Shown piece by piece: positions 10,830-20,810 of a stretch of 64,000 nt of DNA (positions are counted from its first letter, which is position 1; each line of letters opens with the position of its first letter). The position numbers and the translations under genes are program-made. The stretch covers positions 66,454-130,453 of the forward strand of contig CAYSSJ010000004.1 of assembly GCA_964433675.1 (NCBI GenBank), written 5' to 3'. A model generated the notes under the pieces. The model made no database searches. It worked only from the letters and a program-made list of their open reading frames with translations, and was not told the DNA's origin. The stretch comes from an uncultured Candidatus Cloacimonadota bacterium. Lineage in GTDB: Bacteria; Cloacimonadota; Cloacimonadia; Cloacimonadales; TCS61.

Positions 10830-11549
10830 ATGACAGAAGAACTTGAAGTATTGGTGGAGATGCAGAAGAAAGATGATAGAATCGGCAAATACGAACACCA
10901 ACTGAAGATCCTACCCGAAGAGCTGAGCAGTCTGAAGCAGACCTTGGCAGAAGCAAATGCTGCCTTGGAGGAGACGGAGAGCAATCTTACAGAGAATTTG
11001 AAGTCTCAGAAGAAGCTGGAGCTGGAGATCGAAGATAACAAGCAGAGGATTGATAAATACAAAAATCAGTTGCTCTCTATAAAGACGAACAAGGAATATA
11101 AAGCGCTCAACGGTGAGATCAATCATCTGGAAACCAAAAATTCCGATATCGATGATAAATTAATTGCATTGATGGAAGAAGAGAGTAATTTAAGAGAAGA
11201 GAAGGAGAAGAGACTGGAAGCTAAGCGGTCGGCAGAGCAGGAGTTGAAAGCGAATGAGAAGCGACTGGAAGATAAGATAGCTGCTCTGCAAAAAGAGATA
11301 GAGCGGCTCAAGGAGCAGCGCAATGAATATGGCAGGAAGCTGCCGTTCAATCTATTGCGTAAATATGCTGGTCTGATCAAGAACAAGAACCGTAAAGCGG
11401 TAGTCCATTGCAGCGGTGAAGTTTGCGGAGGATGTGGATTTTCTATTCGTCCTCAGCTTATAATAGAGCTGAAGGAAGGCAAGAGTGTGTTATATTGTGA
11501 GAATTGTGGCAGGATCATGGTATATATTCCTGCTGAAGATAAAGAGTGA
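10830..11549 (+). CDS. Coiled-coil protein with C-terminal C4 zinc ribbon (COG1579/zf-RING_7-like)
   Basis: Long heptad-rich region then CSGEVCGGCGFSI...LYCENCGR, two CxxC pairs. Confidence 0.6.
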   Translation: MTEELEVLVEMQKKDDRIGKYEHQLKILPEELSSLKQTLAEANAALEETESNLTENLKSQKKLELEIEDNKQRIDKYKNQLLSIKTNKEYKALNGEINHLETKNSDIDDKLIALMEEESNLREEKEKRLEAKRSAEQELKANEKRLEDKIAALQKEIERLKEQRNEYGRKLPFNLLRKYAGLIKNKNRKAVVHCSGEVCGGCGFSIRPQLIIELKEGKSVLYCENCGRIMVYIPAEDKE

Positions 11550-11574
11550 GGATGTTGTTGAAGAGGATTAAATG

Positions 11575-11885
11575 TCTGCTACCTGTAGAAATGGCAGGTG
11601 GAGGAAAGTCCGAACACCAGAGGGCAGGATACTTCCTAACCGGAAGCTCCGGCAACGGAGAGATAGCTCCACAGAAACAAACCGCTCCGAGTTTACTCGG
11701 AGTAAGGGTGGAATGGTGGTGTAAGAGACCACCGGATCTCGGTGTGAATCGAGATGCCAGGAAAGCCTTATCCGGTGCAATGCCAAATAGGAAAGCATGG
11801 GTTTGCCCGACCCGTTATGCTTTCGGGTAGGCAGCTACAGTCGGGCGGTGTTGCCGCTCTCGAAAAGAGAATAGCAATATCCGAC
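11575..11885 (+). ncRNA. rnpB: RNase P RNA, bacterial type A (boundaries approximate, plus or minus 25 nt)
   Basis: Conserved blocks ggaggaaagtccg, acagaaa, agggtggaa-ggtg-gtaagagaccacc and aatgccaaatagg, all typical of bacterial RNase P RNA; ORFs 11546-11830(+) and 11568-11798(-) here are spurious. Confidence 0.8.
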
Positions 11886-11980
11886 GTAGATAAATAGACA
11901 TTGGGTTGCTTGTTAGGCAACTTACAGAATTCGGCTTATTATCTTCTTCAACAACACTTCAAGTTAATATAAAGGTTGTT

Positions 11981-13699
11981 ATGGAAAAAAGATGGAAATT
12001 GATGGAAATTTTGGATGATTCAGCTCTCAGTTGGAAGCAGCAGATCGCTTCCCATTTGAAATGCCCCGATTTGATAGCTGAATTATTAGTAAGAAAAGGA
12101 TTTCAATCTGTAGAAGATATAAATAATTACTTCAAACCTTCCCTGTCCAATATCAGCAGTCCATTTATGTTCAAAGATATGGAAAAAACGGCTGATCGGA
12201 TAGTCCATGCTATCAAAGAGATGGAATATATCACCATCTACGGTGATTATGATGTGGATGGTACTACATCGGTTGCATTGCTGTATCTGGGGCTAAAAAA
12301 AATAGGTGCGTTGGTAGATTATTATATCCCGCATAGGATGATAGATGGCTACGGTCTCTCTTTCAGCGGTATAGATCAGCTCAAGGATAGAGGTACCAAC
12401 TTGATTATCAGTGTGGATTGTGGTATCAATGCAAATGAAGAAGTAGAGATGATCAACGATCTGGGGATAGACATCATCGTTACCGATCATCACAATCCCA
12501 AGAATTCTCTACCTCCCGCCTATTCGATTATCAATCCCAAACTACCCGATTGCGGCTATCCTTACAAGGAGTTAGCCGGAGTGGGAGTGGCATATCAGCT
12601 ACTGATGGCAGTGTATAGAAAGCTGAATCTGGGAACAGAAGAATTGGTGCAAAAATATGTCGATCTGGTCGCTTTGGGCACAATAGCCGATATCGTTCCT
12701 TTGACCGGTGAAAACAGGATCTTTGCTAGCATTGGTTTGGAGAGGCTTCTCAAGAAAAATAATTATGGACTCAATGCTTTGATCAAGATCGCCGGCTTAT
12801 CTCTGAAGGAACTCAATACAGCCGATATAGTTTTTGGTATAGCTCCGCGTATAAATGCAGCTGGTAGGATGGGCAGCGCCATTCGTGCCGTAGAGCTGAT
12901 GGTTTCCAACGATGTGACTACCAGCGGAGAATTGGCAGAGATAATCGAGCGGGAGAACTCGCTGCGACAGCAGATTGATCAGCAGACTTTTCAGGAAGCA
13001 TGTGAGATCATCGAGAAGAAATATAAGGATATGGACGAGACAAATATCATCGTGGTCTCATCGGATAACTGGCATCCGGGAGTGATCGGGATAGTGGCAT
13101 CCAAATTGGTAGAAAAGTACTATCGTCCCACCATACTGATAACCTTCAAAGATGGGATTGGAAGCGCTTCGGGTAGAAGTGTGGCAGATTTCGACCTATT
13201 TAAGGCAGTACTTTCTGTCGATCAGTATTTGGAGAATTTCGGCGGACACAAATATGCGGTCGGATTATCGCTCCTGCCGGAATATGTGGATATAGTCGAA
13301 AACAGATTGGGTAAATATGTAAGAGAACATATAACTACCGAACAGCTTATCCCACCCCTTACTGTAAATGCTAAGCTCGAACTGTACGAAATAAATGAGA
13401 ATTTGATGGAATGGTTGGCGAAATTTGCACCCTACGGTCCGGGCAATATGCGTCCTACCTTTTATACGGAAAAAGTGATGGTAGTCGGATTTCCCTACAA
13501 TGTCGGCAGGAATCATTTGAAATTGAAAGTGGTAAAAGATGGTTGTATGCTCGATCTGATCGGCTTCAATATGGGAGATTTTCTTCCCATGCTTCGCAAA
13601 GGCTCTTTTATAGATATTGCCTACTCGCTGGACATCAACACTTGGCAAGGTAAAACGACCATCCAAGGTAAACTGAAGGATATCCATTTTGCAAGGTAA
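11981..13699 (+). CDS. recJ: Single-stranded-DNA-specific exonuclease RecJ
   Basis: DHH family motifs (GDYDVDG, IVTDHHNP), DHHA1-type GGGH region; start placed at the Met preceded by RBS aaagg (ORF track starts at 11906). Confidence 0.85.
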   Translation: MEKRWKLMEILDDSALSWKQQIASHLKCPDLIAELLVRKGFQSVEDINNYFKPSLSNISSPFMFKDMEKTADRIVHAIKEMEYITIYGDYDVDGTTSVALLYLGLKKIGALVDYYIPHRMIDGYGLSFSGIDQLKDRGTNLIISVDCGINANEEVEMINDLGIDIIVTDHHNPKNSLPPAYSIINPKLPDCGYPYKELAGVGVAYQLLMAVYRKLNLGTEELVQKYVDLVALGTIADIVPLTGENRIFASIGLERLLKKNNYGLNALIKIAGLSLKELNTADIVFGIAPRINAAGRMGSAIRAVELMVSNDVTTSGELAEIIERENSLRQQIDQQTFQEACEIIEKKYKDMDETNIIVVSSDNWHPGVIGIVASKLVEKYYRPTILITFKDGIGSASGRSVADFDLFKAVLSVDQYLENFGGHKYAVGLSLLPEYVDIVENRLGKYVREHITTEQLIPPLTVNAKLELYEINENLMEWLAKFAPYGPGNMRPTFYTEKVMVVGFPYNVGRNHLKLKVVKDGCMLDLIGFNMGDFLPMLRKGSFIDIAYSLDINTWQGKTTIQGKLKDIHFAR

Positions 13700-14504
13700 A
13701 GTTCCGTTTGTTTTAGCATTTTTGCTCCTTATTTCCTCCTGCGCCATGATATCTACTTATGATACGCAAAGGCAACCTGAGGATATGATTATCTTAGATA
13801 GAACTTCAGTCTCTTTTCAGATAGAAAAAGCTGTTTATGCAGCCGATAGACAAACCTATTATATTTGGGAAGCTGATTCTCAGTTCATCCACATCATCCG
13901 TGCCGGCAGACGGATAAATAAGATCGGTGGAATGGGGTTTGATAAGAGCAATTTCAACAGACTCTCAGATATCTGTATCGGAGCAGACGGCAATCTATAT
14001 ACACTCGATTCATTTTCCAAGACGGTGAAGAAGTTCGATCATAACGGACAATGGCTGAGAGAATACAGTTTGGATACCTTACAAGAGCCGATTTTGATGG
14101 ATATTGGCAGAAATGAGCTGTTCTATATTTTCGATAATATCCAACGCGAGATAGTGGTGCTGGATATAGAACATGAAGAGGAGCAGTTTCGCTTTGGAAA
14201 ATTTCAGCTATCCAGACCGAAACAACTGACGAACACGAGAAACTACCTGCTCATCTGGGATGCAGAGGAGAATAGTACGATGGTGTATGACACTTTCGGT
14301 CAGCTTTTGCAGCAGAAAGAGGGTTTTTTTCAGATAGAGAGGGGAAATTTCTTTCAGCTTGGCTCTCATAAGATAAGTGATGAAGGATCGGGTAAAACTT
14401 TTTTGGCAACTCCGAAGCGGTATCATACCTTTCTTATCAAGAACAGTGTAGGAGTGCTAACTACGGAAAATGATGTTATCGTTTTCGGGATAAGCTATGA
14501 ATAA
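13689..14504 (+). CDS. Hypothetical lipoprotein, NHL/beta-propeller-like repeats
   Basis: Lipobox LLLISSC; repeated blade-like segments (IGADGNLYTLD). Confidence 0.45.
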   Translation: MQGKVPFVLAFLLLISSCAMISTYDTQRQPEDMIILDRTSVSFQIEKAVYAADRQTYYIWEADSQFIHIIRAGRRINKIGGMGFDKSNFNRLSDICIGADGNLYTLDSFSKTVKKFDHNGQWLREYSLDTLQEPILMDIGRNELFYIFDNIQREIVVLDIEHEEEQFRFGKFQLSRPKQLTNTRNYLLIWDAEENSTMVYDTFGQLLQQKEGFFQIERGNFFQLGSHKISDEGSGKTFLATPKRYHTFLIKNSVGVLTTENDVIVFGISYE

Positions 14505-16041
14505 CATCCTGAGCAGATTTTATCGTAAAAAAGAGCTGTTTTATCCGTTTCTAAGCGCGCTGCTTCTCGGTGTGAGCAGATTACCGCTGCATCTGAACTT
14601 TGTAGTCTTCATCGCTTTTGTGCCGCTGCTTATTTTCTTGCAGCGTTTCGATGATAGAAAAAAAGTCTTCCGTGCCGGATTGATCTTCGGTTTTACCTAT
14701 ACCTTGGTCTGCCTCCATTGGATTGGATTGGTAACTGTTCCCGGGCTTGCCGGTATATTTATCATAATATCTCTCTATTTTGCCATTTTGCTCTTGCTGA
14801 TCTCCAAACTAAAGACCCTGCTGCCTAAGCTGCATTTTATCATATTCATATTCTTCTGGCTTGCTTTCGAGATCATTCAGAATTATCTGGGTGAGTTCAG
14901 ATTTGCTTGGTTCAATTTGGGATATGCTTTGGCAGATTATACCGTCTTGATTCAGATCGGAGAGATCGGCGGTATATATATAGTCTCTCTGATGATACTG
15001 ATCATAAACATATTGCTCTATCGAATCATACAAACCGGCAGATACAGATGGAGAAGTTTCTTGCTACCGATGCTGATAGTCTTGGTGTGGCTCGGATTTG
15101 GAATCTATCGCTACAAAACGATAAAATTGGTAGAAACGGGTAAGAATATCGGTATAGTACAGGTAAGCATACCTCAACATCTGAAATGGGAAGAGGAGTA
15201 TGTGCAAACCACTTTGGATTTATATGAAGAATATACAAAAGCGCTAGCAGCAGAGCAACCGGATTTGATAATCTGGCCGGAGTCTGCTCTCCCTGCTTAT
15301 GTAATGCGTGAGCCGAGATTCCGATATTTTGTGGCTGATCTAGCCCAAGAGCTAAAAACCGATATTTTCTTGGGATTCCCACATTATGAATTTGCCATCG
15401 ATTATCCGCAGAGATACAAATTTTACAACGCATGCACACGTGTGAACAAGCAGGGCATTTTCGATGATCTATATTGCAAGATCATTTTAGTTCCCTTTGG
15501 AGAGAGGATGCCTCTTCTATCGGTTTTTCCGGCATTATGGGATTTGCAGTTCGGACAGGCTAATTTCGAATATGGCATCAAGCAGGTACATTATGATTTG
15601 GATGGGTACCGCTACTCACCGCTTATCTGCTTTGAGATTGTCTTTCCGAGGCTAACTACCCAAATGGCACAAGATGAGGTGGATTTTATCGTCAATATCA
15701 CCAACGATGCCTGGTTCAAAAGATCTGCCGGTACCTATCAGCATATGGTGATGGCGAAGTTCAGAGCGGTAGAGACGAGGATGCCGGTTTATAGAGCTGC
15801 CAATACGGGGTATTCTGTAATTATCTCTGCCAGGGGGGATATCCAAAAGCAAACGGAACTATACGAGAAAACTACCATTACTCACCCGCTGGAAATCTAT
15901 GATGGCAGAAGCATCTATACTCAGTATCTTAACTGGTTGCCCTATATTTTTCTTGTCGGCAGTTTGATTTTTATTATTCTGGGTTTGATAATTTTGATAA
16001 GGGATAGGATAAATGAGCAGCAAAGAGGAGAAAAGCAGTAA
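14497..16041 (+). CDS. lnt: Apolipoprotein N-acyltransferase
   Basis: Multi-TM N-terminal half plus C-terminal carbon-nitrogen hydrolase domain (IIWPESA..., CFEIVFP catalytic Cys region). Confidence 0.8.
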   Translation: MNNILSRFYRKKELFYPFLSALLLGVSRLPLHLNFVVFIAFVPLLIFLQRFDDRKKVFRAGLIFGFTYTLVCLHWIGLVTVPGLAGIFIIISLYFAILLLLISKLKTLLPKLHFIIFIFFWLAFEIIQNYLGEFRFAWFNLGYALADYTVLIQIGEIGGIYIVSLMILIINILLYRIIQTGRYRWRSFLLPMLIVLVWLGFGIYRYKTIKLVETGKNIGIVQVSIPQHLKWEEEYVQTTLDLYEEYTKALAAEQPDLIIWPESALPAYVMREPRFRYFVADLAQELKTDIFLGFPHYEFAIDYPQRYKFYNACTRVNKQGIFDDLYCKIILVPFGERMPLLSVFPALWDLQFGQANFEYGIKQVHYDLDGYRYSPLICFEIVFPRLTTQMAQDEVDFIVNITNDAWFKRSAGTYQHMVMAKFRAVETRMPVYRAANTGYSVIISARGDIQKQTELYEKTTITHPLEIYDGRSIYTQYLNWLPYIFLVGSLIFIILGLIILIRDRINEQQRGEKQ

Positions 16042-16372
16042 ATTTTATTATACTATCGGTGAAGTTTCCAATCTATTGGAGATAAAACCGCATGTATTAC
16101 GCTATTGGGAAAAGGAATTTACCCAGTTGAATCCTCAGAAGAAGTTTGGCAGGATCAGACGTTATGATCAAAAAGATATCGAAACGATTAAAAAAATAAA
16201 GTATCTCTTATATACTCAGCGTTACACTATCGAGGGAGTGAAGAAGAAACTAAAAGAAATACAGCGTCAGAAAGAGCAATTGGAATTGGATTTTTATGAT
16301 AGCAAAGATGAGATAAAACAGAGGATAATAAAAAAACTAAAACATATAAAGCATATTTTGGATACTGAATAA
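16013..16372 (+). CDS. MerR-family transcriptional regulator
   Basis: YYTIGEVSNLLEIKPHVLRYWEKEF is a MerR HTH. Confidence 0.7.
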   Translation: MSSKEEKSSKFYYTIGEVSNLLEIKPHVLRYWEKEFTQLNPQKKFGRIRRYDQKDIETIKKIKYLLYTQRYTIEGVKKKLKEIQRQKEQLELDFYDSKDEIKQRIIKKLKHIKHILDTE

Positions 16373-16375
16373 TAG

Positions 16376-16410
16376 AAAAAAACCCCGCACTCATGCGGGG
16401 TTTGGTTGTT
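16376..16410. terminator. Bidirectional rho-independent terminator (ccccgcactcatgcgggg)
   Basis: Perfect hairpin flanked by A-run and T-run between convergent genes. Confidence 0.75.
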
Positions 16411-16421
16411 AGGGGGGATAT

Positions 16422-16925
16422 TTATTTAACTTTTTGAAATCCCGGGCTATTCCCTCTTTTCCCGGTGTTCTTTTTGAAATCCCGGGACATTCTATCTTTG
16501 CCGGGAGTTCTTATGTACTGAGCTTCTTCAGCTTGTTTTTGCTGTTCGGGAGTGAGGGTTTCCCACAATTCTTTTCGCATATCGATGGAATTCTTTTCAA
16601 TCAGAGCTTGCTGATTGTTGATCTTAGTGACGATCTTTTTTGCTTCTGCATAGTTATGCTCTCTGAGTTCTTCTTTCATTTCCAATCTCCACACGTTAAT
16701 CTCCGAGCGAAGCGGAATATTTTGCTTTTGATATTTGGCACGGATGTTTCTGATCTGGTTATGTTGATCTACGCTAAGTTCTACATCCGCTAACATTCTG
16801 GCGAAAGGAGCCAGATGTGCATTCTCCTGACCGGCATAGCCATCACCATGCCCATGTGGTCCATGTGCTATTGCGAGAGAGGCAATAGCTAAGGTTGCGA
16901 TTATGAGTATGATACTCTTTTTCAT
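16422..16925 (-). CDS. Spy/CpxP-family periplasmic chaperone-like protein
   Basis: Signal peptide; LTPEQQKQ motif typical of CpxP/Spy/ZraP family. Confidence 0.6.
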   Translation of the reverse strand: MKKSIILIIATLAIASLAIAHGPHGHGDGYAGQENAHLAPFARMLADVELSVDQHNQIRNIRAKYQKQNIPLRSEINVWRLEMKEELREHNYAEAKKIVTKINNQQALIEKNSIDMRKELWETLTPEQQKQAEEAQYIRTPGKDRMSRDFKKNTGKRGNSPGFQKVK

Positions 16926-17350
16926 TTTCTCCTCCTAAGTTCATCTCTTCTTTGTTTTAAATGTGGTGCCAAGAAAAAATCTTTTGCTTCCTCGGCAGTC
17001 ATCTGGGCACGAATCTCTATCAAACGAGCGCCCATCTCTCTTTCCATCTGCATCTGATTATCTATTAGTTTATCAAGCTGAGCTTCAGCTCTTTGCCTAT
17101 CGAAATTTTCCGCTTGTAGTAGCTGCAAAAACTCGCGGCGCATTTCCAGAAATTGTCGGTGTTTGGAAATGATTTGTTCTCTGTGCTTAGATGTATATTC
17201 TTTCAGTTCCGGTTTTTCCCACACTGGTGGTCTGAAGTGGTATTCCTCTGTTTTGCTAACTATTGTGACATGATAGAGATAAGAGAGCACCACGGCAAGG
17301 TTGAACGTAAGTGAGATTATCAGTATGATCACCAAAGTTCTATTTCTCAT
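16922..17350 (-). CDS. Hypothetical membrane-anchored protein, CpxP/Spy-like helical region
   Basis: N-terminal TM; helical charged C-terminus with MTAEEAKDFF (LTxEQ-like) motif. Confidence 0.4.
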   Translation of the reverse strand: MRNRTLVIILIISLTFNLAVVLSYLYHVTIVSKTEEYHFRPPVWEKPELKEYTSKHREQIISKHRQFLEMRREFLQLLQAENFDRQRAEAQLDKLIDNQMQMEREMGARLIEIRAQMTAEEAKDFFLAPHLKQRRDELRRRK

Positions 17351-17352
17351 GT

Positions 17353-17769
17353 TTATTCTCCTTCAAAATAAAGATAAAAAGATTCTTGAGCAAAAGCCAC
17401 TTCTTCGTAATTCTGCTTTTCTCTTTGTTCGAAAATCTGTCTGCTGATCAGTGTACCACCAGCTAATGAGAGGATTATCGAAGCTGCAATTGCCAGAGAG
17501 GCAGCTTTGAGGGCAAAGCGGGGTTGTTTGGATTTGGAAGCTTCATAGTCTCGAGCATGTTTTATAATAGTAGCTTTGCAATATCCTGGCACTGGAACTT
17601 CTTCAAAAGAAGCAAGCTGAGAATTTAGTTTGCACAAAGAGTTAAGTTCTTGGGTACAATAGGTGCAGTTTTTCAGATGAGAGCGCAAAGCTTTTTGCTT
17701 TTTCTCAGAAAGCTCATCATCAAGATAAGCATTGATAAATCTGCTAAATCTACATTTCTCAACCTTCAT
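17353..17769 (-). CDS. Anti-sigma factor (zf-HC2 type) with TM segment
   Basis: HLKNCTYCTQEL matches the H-x3-C-x2-C zf-HC2 motif; directly downstream of an ECF sigma, overlapping start/stop. Confidence 0.6.
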   Translation of the reverse strand: MKVEKCRFSRFINAYLDDELSEKKQKALRSHLKNCTYCTQELNSLCKLNSQLASFEEVPVPGYCKATIIKHARDYEASKSKQPRFALKAASLAIAASIILSLAGGTLISRQIFEQREKQNYEEVAFAQESFYLYFEGE

Positions 17770-18305
17770 TTTTTTCTCCTTTCATTTATATAGACACCCT
17801 CTTTTTTCATTTCCATCATAATTTTTTCTCGGAGCTGTTTTTTTGCTCTCACTAATTTGGCATCAACGGCAGCGACAGTTGTCATCAATATGGCGGCGAT
17901 ATCTTTGTAGCTCATATTCTGATAAAACTTCATCTCGAGTATAAGTCTGTCCTTCGGTTTCAAAGTTTGCAGAGCTTTGAGGAGTATCTCATTATCAGGT
18001 TCATCCTCAGTTTTTTCTTCAATCATGTTTTCTGCATATTTCGGTTCGAGCAGGTTTGTCGGTTTTCTTTTCTGCTTTTTGATAAAATTGATCGATTTAT
18101 GGTAGGCGATACGGAAGAGATAGGTTAGGTAGTAGTTTTGCTCGACGGTTTCCATTTTTTTATAGAAGGCCAGGAAAACTTCCTGCAAGAGATCTTCGGC
18201 GTCTTCTTTATTACGCAGCGATTTCAAAAGATAATTGAAAATTTTCTTTGCGTCTCTTTCCACGATCTCTTCAAATAAATCTTTCTCCATCCTATCCCAC
18301 ATCAC
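17766..18305 (-). CDS. RNA polymerase ECF-type sigma-70 factor
   Basis: Sigma-70 region 2 ([13 protein letters not shown]) and region 4 ([31 protein letters not shown]). Confidence 0.8.
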   Translation of the reverse strand: MMWDRMEKDLFEEIVERDAKKIFNYLLKSLRNKEDAEDLLQEVFLAFYKKMETVEQNYYLTYLFRIAYHKSINFIKKQKRKPTNLLEPKYAENMIEEKTEDEPDNEILLKALQTLKPKDRLILEMKFYQNMSYKDIAAILMTTVAAVDAKLVRAKKQLREKIMMEMKKEGVYINERRKK

Positions 18306-18438
18306 CTTTTTTTATATAGACAATGTAGGAATACAAATCCTTCGAAAAAAGTCAAAAAAAATAAAATTCTTGCCAGATATAAGCTATATTTTTTCTTTGC
18401 ATTTACATAAGAATAATACAGAATTAGAGGTGGTAAAT

Positions 18439-18630
18439 ATGTCTAGAATATGTGATATTTGTGGTAAGGGACCCCAGGTTGGCAATTATAGAAGTCATGC
18501 TATGAATGCCAACAAGAGAAGATTTTATCCCAATTTGCAAAGAATGCGAGCCGAAATAGACGGTAAGATCAAAAAAGTAAAAGTGTGCACGACTTGCCTT
18601 AAGGGCAACAAAGTGAAGAAGGTAATCTAA
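18439..18630 (+). CDS. rpmB: 50S ribosomal protein L28
   Basis: [34 protein letters not shown] matches L28; RBS gaggtgg; ORF-track start at 18235 is an upstream extension. Confidence 0.85.
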   Translation: MSRICDICGKGPQVGNYRSHAMNANKRRFYPNLQRMRAEIDGKIKKVKVCTTCLKGNKVKKVI

Positions 18631-18633
18631 GAA

Positions 18634-18662
18634 AGGAAAGACCGATCGGTCTTTTCTTTTTT
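18634..18662 (+). terminator. Rho-independent terminator (aaagaccgatcggtcttt plus T-run)
   Basis: Perfect palindrome followed by tctttttt after rpmB stop. Confidence 0.75.
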
Positions 18663-18711
18663 GCCTGAATCGAGAAACCGCAGTATTTTTTTGTAAAAAA
18701 GGAGTGAGCTG

Positions 18712-19194
18712 ATGGAACTGAAGATCGAACCTATTGAGATACCCGAAGGATGCAACATCATTTTTGGGATGTCTCATTTTATCAAAACTGTAGAAGACTT
18801 GTATGAGGCATTGGTAAACAGTTTCCCGGGGATAAAATTCGGTTTGGCTTTTAATGAGGCATCAGGTCCGCGTCTAATCAGGAAAGAGGGGAACGATACC
18901 GAGCTGATCGAGATCGCAGTAGAAAATCAAAAGCGAATAGGAGCCGGTCATACTTTTCTTATTATACTCAGAAATGCATTCCCGATAAGTGTGTTGCCGG
19001 CAGTCAAAGCTTGCCGTGAAGTGGTATCTATATACTGTGCCACTGCCAATCCGGTTCAGGTTGTTTATTGTCAGACTAATCAAGGTAGAGCCGTATTGGG
19101 AGTAGTGGACGGTTATTCACCCAAAGGGATCGAATTGGATACTGATATCAAACAAAGGAAGAAATTTCTACGGGATATTGGTTATAAACGCTGA
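18712..19194 (+). CDS. Hypothetical protein (possibly adenosine-specific-kinase/DUF355-like)
   Basis: Good coding continuity; no motif I can place with certainty. Confidence 0.35.
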   Translation: MELKIEPIEIPEGCNIIFGMSHFIKTVEDLYEALVNSFPGIKFGLAFNEASGPRLIRKEGNDTELIEIAVENQKRIGAGHTFLIILRNAFPISVLPAVKACREVVSIYCATANPVQVVYCQTNQGRAVLGVVDGYSPKGIELDTDIKQRKKFLRDIGYKR

Positions 19195-19751
19195 TGAGAA
19201 TATTCATTTCCTTAGAATTGCCCGAAGATTTCAAACAAGAGATACTAAAACTCTCTTCCGAGCTTCGTAGTCTCTGTCCCTATCAGATTAAGTGGGTAGA
19301 GTCGGAAAATCTGCACATCACCTTTCTCTTTATCGGCGAGACAAAATCTGAAAATGTCGAAACCGTTACCAAAATGTTGGAGGATCGTTTATCCAAACTT
19401 GATATTCAAACATTTAGCAAACCGCAGCTGGAGATCATACCCAAAAGAGATCCACGTATTCTATGGGTAGCGCTGGAAAATGAATCCGAAGCTATCCACA
19501 ACGTATGGCAGCGCATCAAAAGAGATCTAAAAAAGTATGGTTTCGAGCTCGATAAGAAACCGCTAAGATTTCATGTCACTTTGGGACGGATAAAGAAAAA
19601 ACTACCTGTTGATTTTATCAAAGAAATTTTGACCAGAGAGATCGAAAACAGAGATATTTATGTTGACAAGATAACATTATACGAGAGTGTATTGAAACCT
19701 GAGGGGCCACAGTATTATGAGTTGGCTCATTACAATTTAACAAAGGAGTGA
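19194..19751 (+). CDS. thpR: RNA 2',3'-cyclic phosphodiesterase (2H phosphoesterase, LigT/ThpR)
   Basis: Two HxT/Sx motifs: HITFLF and HVTLGR. Confidence 0.75.
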   Translation: MRIFISLELPEDFKQEILKLSSELRSLCPYQIKWVESENLHITFLFIGETKSENVETVTKMLEDRLSKLDIQTFSKPQLEIIPKRDPRILWVALENESEAIHNVWQRIKRDLKKYGFELDKKPLRFHVTLGRIKKKLPVDFIKEILTREIENRDIYVDKITLYESVLKPEGPQYYELAHYNLTKE

Positions 19752-19754
19752 ACT

Positions 19755-20810
19755 ATGGCAGATAAAAGTAAAGACTCGGCATTGAAGACGGCGATGAGCC
19801 AATTGGAGAAACAATTTGGCATCGGCACAATTATGCGTATGGGAGATAAGCCGAGGGTATCGGTAGATGTGATACCTACTGGCGCGGTTAATCTTGATGC
19901 AGCCCTTGGTATCGGTGGAGTTCCTCGTGGACGTATTACTGAGATCTATGGAGCGGAGGCTTCTGGCAAGACGACTTTGGCATTGCATGTGGTGGCGGAA
20001 GCACAGAAGAAAGGTGGCGTGGTAGCGTTTGTGGATGCTGAACATGCCTTGGATCCTGTCTATGCTCAAAGGATAGGAGTAGATACGGATAATCTGCTGC
20101 TTTCTCAGCCGGATGGCGGTGAGCAGGCACTGGAGATAGTAGAGACTCTGGTACGTAGTAACGCTATTGATCTTATCGTGGTGGATTCGGTAGCCGTATT
20201 GGTTCCCAAAGCGGAGATCGAAGGGAATATGGGCGATTCACATGTCGGTCTGCAAGCCAGACTGATGTCTCAGGCACTGAGAAAATTGACAGCCAGTATC
20301 AGCAAGTCTAATACCTCGGTTATTTTTATCAATCAGACAAGGATGAAAATCGGAGTGCCGTCATTTGTTAATCCGGAGACAACTACCGGTGGTGTAGCGC
20401 TGAAATTCTATTCCACTCTCAGAATGGAAGTGCGCCGAATTGGCTCTATCAAGCAACCTGGCGCTGATGCTGATGTCATCGGTTCCAGAACCAAAGTGAA
20501 AGTAGTGAAAAATAAATTCGCTCCACCATTCAAAATTGCAGAATTCCCGATCATATTCGGAGAGGGAATCTCACATCATGATATCGTCCTGGATGCTGCG
20601 GTAAATCACAATATTATCAAGAAAAGCGGTTCCTGGTATTCTTATGAAGATGTGAAGCTCGGACAAGGTGCCGAACGAGTAAAAGAATATTTTGCCGAAA
20701 ATCCAGAGCAATTCGAAGAGATCGAACAAAAAGTGAAAAAAGCGCTTGGCTTAATCAAAGAAGATAAAGATGAGACTGAGGGTTCAAAACCGAAGCAAAA
20801 GAACAGCTGA
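19755..20810 (+). CDS. recA: Recombinase RecA
   Basis: Canonical RecA sequence incl. Walker [13 protein letters not shown] and L1/L2 loop regions. Confidence 0.95.
   Translation: MADKSKDSALKTAMSQLEKQFGIGTIMRMGDKPRVSVDVIPTGAVNLDAALGIGGVPRGRITEIYGAEASGKTTLALHVVAEAQKKGGVVAFVDAEHALDPVYAQRIGVDTDNLLLSQPDGGEQALEIVETLVRSNAIDLIVVDSVAVLVPKAEIEGNMGDSHVGLQARLMSQALRKLTASISKSNTSVIFINQTRMKIGVPSFVNPETTTGGVALKFYSTLRMEVRRIGSIKQPGADADVIGSRTKVKVVKNKFAPPFKIAEFPIIFGEGISHHDIVLDAAVNHNIIKKSGSWYSYEDVKLGQGAERVKEYFAENPEQFEEIEQKVKKALGLIKEDKDETEGSKPKQKNS

Noticed and set aside
11546-11830. ORFs 11546-11830 (+) and 11568-11798 (-) from the ORF track
   Set aside because: Both lie entirely within the RNase P RNA gene and have no RBS or coding signature.
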